From positions 390,001-422,000 of the forward strand of contig NZ_AP028907.1 in NCBI RefSeq assembly GCF_036323395.1: 32,000 nucleotides of DNA, given 5' to 3'. This document shows, piece after piece, positions 20,002-28,311 of the stretch. Under the pieces are notes generated by a model, which worked only from the letters and a program-made list of their open reading frames with translations, ran no database searches and was not told the origin of the DNA. The translations under genes and the position numbers were made by a program. The DNA comes from Pyrodictium abyssi. Lineage in GTDB: Archaea > Thermoproteota > Thermoprotei_A > Sulfolobales > Pyrodictiaceae. How positions within the stretch are numbered: position 1 is the first letter of the stretch; every line of letters starts with the position of its first letter.

Positions 20002-20700
20002 GTGTCTAAGCCCAGCATAGTCTCCAGGCTCGAGAAGGAGGCACCAGTCCTACAGGTAGCACTAGACTTCACGAGCCTAGAGGACGCCCTAGGCCTCGCC
20101 GCGGAGCTCCGGAGGAGCCTCGACACGCTATGGCTCGCCGAGGCCGGTACCCCGCTGATAAAGAGCGAGGGGCTCCGGAGCGTAGCCCTCCTAGCCCGGG
20201 TAGCTAAGCCGAACCCCGTCGCCGCGGACATGAAGACAGCTGACACTGGTGCGCTCGAGGCCGGCCTCGCAGCCAGGGCCGGGGCCTCGATAGTAACAGT
20301 GCTGGCGTGCAGCCTCGACGAGACCATAGCGGCGGCAGCGCGGGAGGCACACCGCTACGGCGCGGCGGTAGCAGCAGACCTCATAGCGGTCCGCGACCCC
20401 GTAGCCCGTGCAGAGCAGCTCGCAAGCCTAGGCGTAGACATAGTAGAGCTCCACGTTGGAATCGACGCCCAGAAGGCGCTAGGCATGACAGCGGCAGAGC
20501 TCCAGAACACTGTGAAGAAGATAGCTGAGAGGTTCCCCGGCCTCGTTGCGGTCGCTGGCGGGCTCAACGCCAAGACAGCGCCGGCGATGGTCGAGGCGGG
20601 GGCAGTGATAGTCATAGTGGGCGGGGCTATAACGAGGAGCGAGGACCCGGTGGCGTCGGCCAAAGCGGTTATAGAGGCTATAAAGAGGAGCCGGGCCTAG
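20002..20700 (+). CDS. 3-hexulose-6-phosphate synthase-like protein (OMPDC/HPS superfamily)
   Basis: VLQVALDFTSLEDAL, VAADMKTADTGALEAGLAARAGASIVTVLA, VEAGAVIVIVGGAITRSEDPVASAKAV. Confidence 0.85.
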   Translation: MSKPSIVSRLEKEAPVLQVALDFTSLEDALGLAAELRRSLDTLWLAEAGTPLIKSEGLRSVALLARVAKPNPVAADMKTADTGALEAGLAARAGASIVTVLACSLDETIAAAAREAHRYGAAVAADLIAVRDPVARAEQLASLGVDIVELHVGIDAQKALGMTAAELQNTVKKIAERFPGLVAVAGGLNAKTAPAMVEAGAVIVIVGGAITRSEDPVASAKAVIEAIKRSRA

Positions 20701-21989
20701 GCCTCTCTCTTTTCCCCTCCTCTAGTCTCGGGCTCGCGGTATATCATCACTGGTACGCGCTCGCCCTTCTGGTACTGCCGGTTCTCCACTATAGCTAGGC
20801 CGTCGGCTTCACAGTTGCTCACAGTCACAGAGCTGTGCTGCCTCTCGAGAGGCAGCGGCTCCGCGTAGAGTTTGCCGTCCTCCAGGTAGAGCTTTACCTT
20901 GACCGGCTGTGGCCTCTTAGCACGTATGTCACCCGCCAGCTCTGCTATAGCCGGTAGTGGTGGCTCGACGCCGCGCACCACGTTGCCCATGTGCTTCAGC
21001 ACGTGGTAGACTAGCCTTATGAAGCCGTGGAGCGCCGACACTGGGTGGCCAGAGAGCGCTATCACGAGAGGCCCGCCGGGCAGCAGCATGGCGGAGGTAG
21101 GGCGGCCGCCCTTCACGAAGAGGCCGCGGAAGAGGACCTCCCCGCCCAGCATTTCAGCGAGCTGGTAGAACGGGTCGACGTCGCTCGGCCCGGTGCCGCC
21201 GGTGAGTATGACGAGGTCGAGGTGGCGCATCTGCCTGGTGAGGTACCAGGCTATGGTCTCCACGTTGTCCGGGAGCAGTATACGCTCCTCGACCACCGCC
21301 CAGGGGGTGTACCTGTCTATGGCCCACTCTATGAGCTTAGCAGTCGTCTCGGCGACCTCGCCGCGGAGTATACGCTGCTCAGCCTTAACGGGGTCGACTG
21401 GCTCGAACAGCTCGGTGCCGGTGGCTATGATGCCTACGCTGATGGGCCGGTACACCTTGACGCGGGTCACAGCGACGTCGAGTAGCCCGGCAACGTCCAG
21501 CATGGTGACCACGTGGCCGCGGGGGAGTAGGACCTGGCCCTTCCGGACATAGGCTCCTACAGGGTCGAAGTTCTTGCCAGCCGGGAACTCCTTCTCCACG
21601 ACAATGTAGTCGCCCTCTCTCCTCACAGCCTCCTCCGGGATGACAGTGTCAGCGCCCTCCGGGAGGTACGCGCCAGTAGACACGTAGACCGCTGTGCCGG
21701 GCTCGACCCGGTATTTCACATCTATCTTGCCTATAGTAGCCTCGCCCACCACACGGAGCCTGCCAGGCGTATCGGATGAGCGTATAGCGTAGCCGTCGTA
21801 GGCGGCTCTCGGCCGGGGCGGGAAGTCGTGCGGAGCCCGCACATCCTCGGCTAGGACCAGGCCTACAGCCTCCCACACCGGGACCTCAACGGCCTCTTCA
21901 ACCGGCTTGACCCGGGAGGCTACTATCTGGATGGCCTCGCTGACCGGGGTTAGCCGCTCCAGGTAGCGGGGTACACGCCTAGACGCCAT
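20697..21989 (-). CDS. moeA: Molybdopterin molybdenumtransferase
   Basis: FPPRPRAAYDGYAIRSSDT, ILRGEVAETTAKLIEWAIDRY, VILTGGTGPSDVDPFYQLAE, MLLPGGPLVIALSGHPVSALHGF. Confidence 0.94.
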   Translation of the reverse strand: MASRRVPRYLERLTPVSEAIQIVASRVKPVEEAVEVPVWEAVGLVLAEDVRAPHDFPPRPRAAYDGYAIRSSDTPGRLRVVGEATIGKIDVKYRVEPGTAVYVSTGAYLPEGADTVIPEEAVRREGDYIVVEKEFPAGKNFDPVGAYVRKGQVLLPRGHVVTMLDVAGLLDVAVTRVKVYRPISVGIIATGTELFEPVDPVKAEQRILRGEVAETTAKLIEWAIDRYTPWAVVEERILLPDNVETIAWYLTRQMRHLDLVILTGGTGPSDVDPFYQLAEMLGGEVLFRGLFVKGGRPTSAMLLPGGPLVIALSGHPVSALHGFIRLVYHVLKHMGNVVRGVEPPLPAIAELAGDIRAKRPQPVKVKLYLEDGKLYAEPLPLERQHSSVTVSNCEADGLAIVENRQYQKGERVPVMIYREPETRGGEKREA

Positions 21990-22000
21990 GACTCCTCAAT

Positions 22001-22044
22001 CCCGTAAACGGCGGGGCACCCGGCCTCAACTTACGGTTTACGGG
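22001..22044. promoter_or_regulatory. Inverted repeat CCCGTAAAC (22001..22009) / GTTTACGGG (22036..22044) upstream of moeA
   Basis: Exact 9-bp arms, 26-nt spacer, starting 12 nt upstream of the moeA ATG. Confidence 0.4.
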
Positions 22045-22333
22045 CGGCAGGGCCTCAGGCTATGTTCCCCGGTATTTCTGGGCTAGGGGGCCGTGTGTCC
22101 CGGGGTGCTACGGTGCCGCAGAGGGGTGGCCCCTCCACGTCGGGATAGATTCGGCCGGGGGTCTCCCGGTGCAGAGGAGGTTCCTCTTCCCAGACGCGGC
22201 TCCCAAGGTAACACCCCAGGCAGCAGCCCTCCTGCGCCCCGCACAGCCAGTGGTAGCTGTGTCGAGCTGGCTGGCCAGGGAGCGCCGGTAGCGGGGCCCG
22301 GTGGGCTGCGGAGAACGCGGCTGGCGGGGAGAG

Positions 22334-23542
22334 CTACCTTCTCCGTCTACGGGTTTTAGCGGCGGCCTCCGGGTAGACGCCAGGGTCCAGGTGCTCCTCC
22401 TCCACGAAGTTGTCGCCTAGCCGGATCCAGCCGAGGGTCACTCCCCTAACGCTCCCGGGCTCCAGGGCAGCGCCCTCGCGTACCCGGACAACAAGCCTGC
22501 CACGCTGCGGGCTAAACTGCTCCACGAGCGCGGGCTCGTCTACCCCGCTGGACAAGTGGAGCCCGGCTAGAAGCCCCCGCGCCCAGCCCGGCCTCAGCCA
22601 TACCCCGGCCTCGGGCCTCCTCTGGGACTCAACGAACACCGTCGAGCCGCAGCTATAGGCCACGGCGTCGCCAGCCACCGTGTAGGGACACACGTTGCCG
22701 ACAAGCGAGGCATCGAGGACCAGGCTCCGGCTCCTAGAGAACAGGGCGGCGTAGAGCCTCTGGCGGAAGCTCCTCCTGTCCACCCGGCTCCTCTCCCTCA
22801 GAAGCCCGGGGCTCGGCGCCCGGACCACCTCCAGCCCCCGGGCGGCAAGCAGCCGCGAGAGCTCGCCAGACTCGCCCCCCTCGCCGAGCACGACCACAGC
22901 GTCGGCCTCCACGGTCTCGGCGAGAGCGGCCTTGTAGAGAGCACCCCGGCCCCTCACGTAGCCGTCCGTGTCAACGACGAAGCCCCCGCCGCAGGCACGG
23001 GCGGCACGCACGGCTGCGGAGACCACGAGGAACCCGGCCTTCTCGGCCGAGACGTGGCCTACGAAGAACCCGCCAGCCGGCTCCACGTCTTGGAGCACCA
23101 GAGCCCTCCCGGTCCACGGTGCGTAGGCCACCATGCCGGGGAGCCCTAGCTCGTTCTGGCCCACATCCGCCTCGACCACGCACAGCTCGAGGCCGTTCCG
23201 CAGCCACGCTGTGAGCGTAGACTTGCCTGACTCCACCGGCCCGGCCACCACGATGCGGCGGGCACCGCGGCCTCGGAGGTCCTCCACGAGCCTGCTCCAG
23301 GCCTCGACTACGCTGAAGCCCTCCTGCACCACCCGGTAGGCGCCCCCGGCGCCCAGGTGCACGCAGAGCCGGGAGTCCTCGCGGACGTAGAACGTGAAGC
23401 CCCGCGTACCCCTCACAAGGGCCTCTCCGCCGGCCTCCACGGTGTAGCCGCTAGCGTAGACACTCCCCCCCTCAACCAGCACCCGGGCCGGCCCGGAGAC
23501 CCAGAGCCCCCAGCCGCTCTGCAGCTCGATGCACTCGGGCAT
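22334..23542 (-). CDS. Clp1-like P-loop polynucleotide 5'-kinase
   Basis: RIVVAGPVESGKSTLTAWLRNGLELCVVEADVGQNELGLPGMVAYAP. Confidence 0.88.
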   Translation of the reverse strand: MPECIELQSGWGLWVSGPARVLVEGGSVYASGYTVEAGGEALVRGTRGFTFYVREDSRLCVHLGAGGAYRVVQEGFSVVEAWSRLVEDLRGRGARRIVVAGPVESGKSTLTAWLRNGLELCVVEADVGQNELGLPGMVAYAPWTGRALVLQDVEPAGGFFVGHVSAEKAGFLVVSAAVRAARACGGGFVVDTDGYVRGRGALYKAALAETVEADAVVVLGEGGESGELSRLLAARGLEVVRAPSPGLLRERSRVDRRSFRQRLYAALFSRSRSLVLDASLVGNVCPYTVAGDAVAYSCGSTVFVESQRRPEAGVWLRPGWARGLLAGLHLSSGVDEPALVEQFSPQRGRLVVRVREGAALEPGSVRGVTLGWIRLGDNFVEEEHLDPGVYPEAAAKTRRRRR

Positions 23543-23715
23543 ACCGCTCCCACCACTATACCCGGGCGCCAGCAGAGAGCTAGCACCTATTACCTACCGC
23601 CTGTCCTCTAACACATCCTCTGGGCAACCCTCAGCCCAGGCCCTAAACCCTACACCCCGGCGGCAGAGCCCCCGGGCCCGAGCCCAGGGGACAATAGCCA
23701 AGAGGTGGTGCACCC

Positions 23716-23931
23716 ATGGTACTGCTCCAGATAACCCGTAGAGAGGAACACCAGGTGGGTAAGTACCGCGTAACCCTGCTCTACGACAGCGAGGACCGCG
23801 TAGTAGGGGCAATGATAGAGGGCCCCAGGCTCAGCAAGCCAGTCTACATAGCCGTCCACGAGAAGACGGCGCCCAAGATACCGAAGCAGGTAAAGAAGTT
23901 CCTAGCAAAACACGGCTTCCAGGTAGCCTAG
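23716..23931 (+). CDS. Small basic hypothetical protein
   Basis: 71 aa MVLLQITRREEHQVGKYRVTLLYDSEDRVVGAMIEGPRLSKPVYIAVHEKTAPKIPKQVKKFLAKHGFQVA; protein-like composition. Confidence 0.62.
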   Translation: MVLLQITRREEHQVGKYRVTLLYDSEDRVVGAMIEGPRLSKPVYIAVHEKTAPKIPKQVKKFLAKHGFQVA

Positions 23932-23982
23932 GAGGCTCCAGGCCCCCGGGCCTCATGTTCTTTAGGCCGCAGAGGCCTCCCC

Positions 23983-25089
23983 TCAGCCCGTGACGATTCT
24001 GCCGAAGACCAGGCGCTCTATGAGCGTAGCCAGCTCCCTTAGTATCTTGTCGTCCCTCTTGTCCACCGGGAAGGCCAGCACGTAGTCCTTTCCGCCGGCG
24101 GGTATGCCCCTCCTACGCAGCTCCTGCAGGACCGGGGCAAGCCGGTGCTTCATGCTACGCGCGTAGACGAAGCCACGGCCCCTATCCGGGGCCCAGTGGA
24201 GCAGCACTACCACGCTCTCCGGGTGGCGGGCGGCAAGCCTCCGGCCCACGTACGACGTAACGTAGGCGTTAGACTCGACGTAGTAGACCATTATCCCCGG
24301 GCGCTGGAAGAGGAACCGGACACGCTCCATAGCAGTCTTCAGCGCCTTAGCCGCCTCCTCCGCCGCCCTCTGCAGCCGCCGGTCCTCCAGCACGTCGCCG
24401 GGCCGGGTAGCCCAGCCCAGCAGCTCGACAGCGTGCACGACGCAGTCCTCGTCGAGAAGCCGGTAGCACGAGTCCAGGAGCTCAACAGCCCTCGTCACGT
24501 CGCGTAGACTGTAGCCGCTCTCCTCCACAAGCCTCAGCGCAGCGCTATGAGCCCGCGGCCTATGCTCGAGCGCCGGCCCAAGGTCCCCGACAATGCCGAC
24601 GGCGGCTATCCAGCTACAGCCGCGCCTCCGGCAAGCCTCCCTCACGCCAGGGATACGGTAGGCTATAAACGTCGTAGAGGGCCAGTCCTCCTCCCCGCCG
24701 AGGCCCAGCGCCACCGGGTTAACGTAGACCAGGTTGCTCCTGCCTCGCGGCGGCTCGGCCAGGTGGTGGTCGATCACGGTGACCGAGCGGGGCGAGGCTA
24801 TCTCGGCGAGGTTATCGTACTCGCTCCCCGGCAGCCCATAGTCCAGTACGGCGAGCACGTCGGCGCCGCTCCCGGAGATGCGGCGCCAGGGGAGAGCCTC
24901 GAGGGAGTACACGCCTATACTGGGCGGGTACACGCCTGCAACACGGGCCCGGAGAGCCCGTAGCAGGAGAGCAGCTGATGCTATGCCGTCTGCATCCCAG
25001 TGCGACACTATGAAGATCCTGCCACTGGATAGGAGCCTCCACAGGTCCTCTACGAGAGCGCCTGGTACACCAGTATTATCCGCTACCAT
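23983..25089 (-). CDS. DHH family phosphoesterase (RecJ-like)
   Basis: IFIVSHWDADGIASAALLLRAL, VLAVLDYG, VTVIDHHLAEPP. ATG at 25089 and upstream start at 25116 are both possible; minus-strand ttatatct sits near 25135. Confidence 0.88.
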   Translation of the reverse strand: MVADNTGVPGALVEDLWRLLSSGRIFIVSHWDADGIASAALLLRALRARVAGVYPPSIGVYSLEALPWRRISGSGADVLAVLDYGLPGSEYDNLAEIASPRSVTVIDHHLAEPPRGRSNLVYVNPVALGLGGEEDWPSTTFIAYRIPGVREACRRRGCSWIAAVGIVGDLGPALEHRPRAHSAALRLVEESGYSLRDVTRAVELLDSCYRLLDEDCVVHAVELLGWATRPGDVLEDRRLQRAAEEAAKALKTAMERVRFLFQRPGIMVYYVESNAYVTSYVGRRLAARHPESVVVLLHWAPDRGRGFVYARSMKHRLAPVLQELRRRGIPAGGKDYVLAFPVDKRDDKILRELATLIERLVFGRIVTG

Positions 25090-25252
25090 ACCTACACCGG
25101 CTAGACGCGGCAGCAAACAGACTGAAATAGATATAACGCTTCAACCAGAGACTATAACCTGCAATCGCAGCAGACGGGCCATCGTGGGGCGGTAGTGGCA
25201 CCAAAGATATCAACGCCCAGGCCCCATAGCTAGGGGCCACTGAGGGACCGCC

Positions 25253-25534
25253 ATGCCCCGGGTAAAAGTGAAGCTGTTCGCCATATACTCCGAGGCAGCG
25301 GGCATCCGCGAACTAGAGGTAGACCTGCCCGAAAACGCCACAGTACTGGACCTCGCCCGGCTCCTGGAGGAGAAGTTCCCAGGCCTCCGCGGAGAACTAG
25401 TCGAGGGCAACGACATAAGCGAAGAAGCACGGGTGCTGGTCAACGGCCGCAACATAGAGTGGCTAGAGGGCAGCAAGACAAGGCTACGCGACGGCGACAC
25501 CGTAGCCTTCTTCCCGCCAGCAGCCGGCGGCTAG
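25253..25534 (+). CDS. MoaD/ThiS-family ubiquitin-like protein (SAMP-like)
   Basis: MPRVKVKLFAIYSEAAGIRELEVDLPENATVLDLARLLEEKFPG...LRDGDTVAFFPPAAGG with C-terminal diglycine. Confidence 0.93.
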   Translation: MPRVKVKLFAIYSEAAGIRELEVDLPENATVLDLARLLEEKFPGLRGELVEGNDISEEARVLVNGRNIEWLEGSKTRLRDGDTVAFFPPAAGG

Positions 25535-25608
25535 CCCCAGGGGCTAGAAGGTTTAAAGCCCCCAGGCAAGGAACAACCAGTGCTAATGGAGGTCCCTGGC
25601 GAAGGGGC

Positions 25609-25683
25609 GGGCCCGTCGTCTAGCCTGGTTAGGACGCCGCCCTCACACGGCGGAGGTCCGGGGTTCAAATCCCCGCGGGCCCA
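25609..25683 (+). tRNA. tRNA-Val (anticodon CAC), followed by encoded CCA at 25684..25686
   Basis: Cloverleaf folded by hand: acceptor GGGCCCG/CGGGCCC, D arm GTCTAGCCTGGTTAGGAC, anticodon stem CCGCC/GGCGG with loop CTCACAC, T arm CGGGGTTCAAATCCCCG; TATA-like ggtttaaag near 25557. Confidence 0.97.
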
Positions 25684-25858
25684 CCACGTCCTTTTCACCT
25701 TCTTGTACTCCTCGTAGACGGCTCTGTGACGTGGCTACGGCTCTGAACGCTGTCCCTGTGGCATCAGCTTTAGGACCCGTGTCACGGCGGTAGTCTTGTC
25801 AACAACTATGAATTCTTGAGAACCTCGCCCACGGCTAGACGGGCTCGTGGATGCTCCT

Positions 25859-26338
25859 CTAGGAGCAGAGTGTTAGTACGTATTTTGGCCTCTTTCCATC
25901 CTCTACCGTGGCAACGATGTCCGCGTCTATGAGTAGGCGTAGTTTCTGCTTTACTGTGTTGCGGGATGCTTTTCCTCTTAGGCTGCGTACCCGTCTCGTG
26001 ATCTCGCTGATTGAGAGAGGCTCGCATGTGGATAGGGCTTCTACTATGGCTACTGCTATGGGGTCGTTGATGCTTCTAGCAGCTGCTATGGTTCTTCTGG
26101 CGGCTTCTAGAGCCTCGGCGGCTGGGAGCGAGAATGCTGCGACGAGCCTGGCGGCCTCGCCTACGGCGGCGATGAAGCCTCCTTGGAGGAGCTCCTGTAC
26201 TGCGGCGTTGAGCTGTTCGAGCATCTTCTCGACGCGCTCAAGCCGCCTAGCTATCTCCTCGAGGCCCCTTCTATCATCCACTCTCCATGCCCTCCGCGGC
26301 TGATCTGCATTGGCGGACGGGCTGGCGCCCCTGGTCAT
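25859..26338 (-). CDS. Hypothetical protein with probable C-terminal winged helix
   Basis: C-terminal EPLSISEITRRVRSLRGKASRNTVKQKLRLLIDADIVATVEDGKRPKYVLTL resembles wHTH; N-terminal half looks coiled-coil. Confidence 0.65.
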   Translation of the reverse strand: MTRGASPSANADQPRRAWRVDDRRGLEEIARRLERVEKMLEQLNAAVQELLQGGFIAAVGEAARLVAAFSLPAAEALEAARRTIAAARSINDPIAVAIVEALSTCEPLSISEITRRVRSLRGKASRNTVKQKLRLLIDADIVATVEDGKRPKYVLTLCS

Positions 26339-26414
26339 GAAAGGAGATAGGGTGGAAAACTATGGCGGCTAGAGGGCGCCTAGACGCGGCTATGGACTTA
26401 GGGCCCCCTTCTTT

Positions 26415-26831
26415 CTAGCTTTCCTTCTCCTCATAATCTTCCTCAGCTTCCATGGCTACTGTGTTGCCCGTCTTGCTCAACAGTGCTAGTATCGCAGCTG
26501 CGCGTGCCGCGTTGAAGGGTACCATAGGGGTGGGGCTGAACGGCGTGCCTACTAGTGTAGCGGGTTTCGGGACTAGCTCTAGCCGATGCTTCAGGTACTC
26601 GTGGGTAAGCTCAGCGGCGGTGTCCCTTGGTAGACCGGCCTCGACTAGCGTGTTGTAGAACTCTGCAGTGTCCCTACCCACTTCCTTGCCATCAAGGCGC
26701 TTTACGACCTCGTCTACTAGGCCTAGGCGGAGGCGCTGCATGTTCTCAAGGAACTCTGTTACAGCCTGGAGCGCTTCTCTCAGCTCTTCTATGTTGAGTC
26801 GTGTAGGCTCTCTGGGCACCGGGTACACCAC
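26415..26831 (-). CDS. Hypothetical helical protein
   Basis: GTG start; IEELREALQAVTEFLENMQRLRLGLVDEVVKRLDGKEVGRDTAEFYNTLVEAGLPRDTAAELTHEYLKHRLELVP; minus-strand TATA-like agctatacgg about 30 nt upstream. Confidence 0.62.
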   Translation of the reverse strand: MVYPVPREPTRLNIEELREALQAVTEFLENMQRLRLGLVDEVVKRLDGKEVGRDTAEFYNTLVEAGLPRDTAAELTHEYLKHRLELVPKPATLVGTPFSPTPMVPFNAARAAAILALLSKTGNTVAMEAEEDYEEKES

Positions 26832-26995
26832 CTCCGGTGATCTCTGCTCCGTATAGCTTTAGCAGGGGCTGGTCACTGCTATCTCGCTTTGACATAGCCT
26901 CTGAGCAGCAACTCGATCAGCGCGGCTGGGGCCTCGGCTACGAGCCTCTAGGTGCGCTCTGCTGATAGTCCACCCGCTTGGATGTGCCCGGGGTT

Positions 26996-28199
26996 CTACC
27001 AGCGGCGCCAGAACCCGGGGAGCTTCTTCAGCTGCCTCTTGAGGGCTTCTGGCTCCATCACCGTGTCGCCGTGGATTACGGCTTTTATTGCCAGGTCTCT
27101 GGTGCTCCGGGCTCCCTTTCCAGTAGTACGATGTTGGCTACTGCTCTGTCCCGTATCACGCCTATGGGTGCGCCGAGTAGCTCTGACGCCTTGCCGGTGG
27201 CTGTCCGTAGGGCGTCCCAGAAGCTTAGCCCAGCCTCCATGTAGGCGTCTAGCTCCTCCCAGAGGCTTGCCCCCGGGTTCAGGGCAAAGTTAGGCAGGTC
27301 GGCCCGGCTACTATCTTCACGCGGTTCTCGGAGAGTATGCGGAGCGCTGTGACAAGCTTCAGATATACCTTCCTTACCTCCTTCCGCTTTGTCTTCGCGA
27401 GGTACTTGTACCACGGGGATACTAGCTTCGAGTACTTCCTCTTGTCCACGCGTAGCTTGCCGACGGCAGCCCGGTATACCGAGAACGTGGGGACTACAGC
27501 GGTGCCGCGCCGTGCTAGCCGCCGGGCTATCTCCTCTAGCGTGCCCTCGTCTATGGCCTCCCAGGACTCTAGCAGACCGGCGCCCGGCCTGAGCTTGGCT
27601 ATGGAGTCTATGTGCTCTATACAGTCGAACCCCAGCTCTATAGCCTTCAACACGCCTATGCCGTCCACGTGTCCTGTGACCCTAAGCCCATTCTCGTGCG
27701 CCCTGGCCACGGCCTCGCGGGCTAGGTTCTCGTCTACGTTGACGTACAGCTTGAGCCACCGGCAGCCCTCGACACGCGCCTTCTCCACCTCGCCCGCCAC
27801 GTCCCTGGCGGAGCCTACGGGCCTCATGTGGGGCCAGTGTAGCGGCGGCTTCTCCACGGCATAGGAGCAGTCTATGTGGAGGCCCGGGTCCACCGAGCGG
27901 AAGAGGGAGATGTTCTCCAGGAAGTTGCCGCAGTCCCGGACGCCGAGCACACCGTGCATCCGGAACAACCGTATAACGTTGGCCACCGAGTCGTAAAACA
28001 CGCCCGGCCTACCATCATAGGGCAGGTGTACGTGGGCGTCAACGAGCCCCGGGACCGCGCACGCGGCCTCCACGGCCCGGTCGAAGGGGCCGCTACGGCT
28101 GCCTACGCACACCACCCCGTCCTCTACGACTAGGTCTACCCCCTCGCGTAGCCGGTAGCCGTCAAACAGCGCCCCGGCGCGGACAAGGATACGCGCCAA
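26996..28199 (-). pseudogene. Metal-dependent amidohydrolase, interrupted by two one-base frameshifts
   Basis: Frame A (to ~27302) PGLVDAHVHLPYDG...EHIDSI...ENRVKIVAG; frame B (~27300..27115) DLPNFALNPGASLWEELDAYMEAGLSFWDALRTATGKASELLGAPIGVIRDRAVANIVLLE; frame C (~27113..26996) RSTRDLAIKAVIHGDTVMEPEALKRQLKKLPGFWRRW*. Confidence 0.82.
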
Positions 28200-28311
28200 C
28201 AGAGGAGCCCTTCACGCTGACCGTAGGCATCCTCGTCTAGACACGGCCCCAGCCGGTATATAGCCGGGCGGGCTGCTCTGCGCCGCAGAGCCTCCCCGGC
28301 ATGGGTAAGGG

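Noticed and set aside
21990-22333. SRP RNA or RNase P RNA gene
   Set aside because: I checked both strands by eye for the GGAAGG/AGCAG SRP core and RNase P conserved regions and did not find convincing matches; a covariance-model search would be needed.
22093-22359. Plus-strand ORF of 88 aa in the 22 kb gap
   Set aside because: Composition (RRGVAPPRRDRFGRGS...) looks like an off-frame read and it overlaps the Clp1-like gene end; the neighbouring frame looks more protein-like.
25609-25686. tRNA-Val as an integration site with a duplicated 3' end (att repeat)
   Set aside because: No second copy of GGGGTTCAAATCCCCGCGGGCCCA was seen elsewhere in the window and no integrase is present, so an integrated element is not supported.
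25806-26027. Minus-strand ORF of 73 aa overlapping 25859..26338
   Set aside because: Most of it is an off-frame read of the larger wHTH ORF (QPKRKSIPQHSKAETTPTHRRGHR).
27301-27301. Programmed ribosomal frameshifting in the amidohydrolase
   Set aside because: No slippery heptamer or adjacent stimulatory structure was apparent at either shift, and two shifts in one gene make indels or sequence errors more likely; kept only as a minor alternative.
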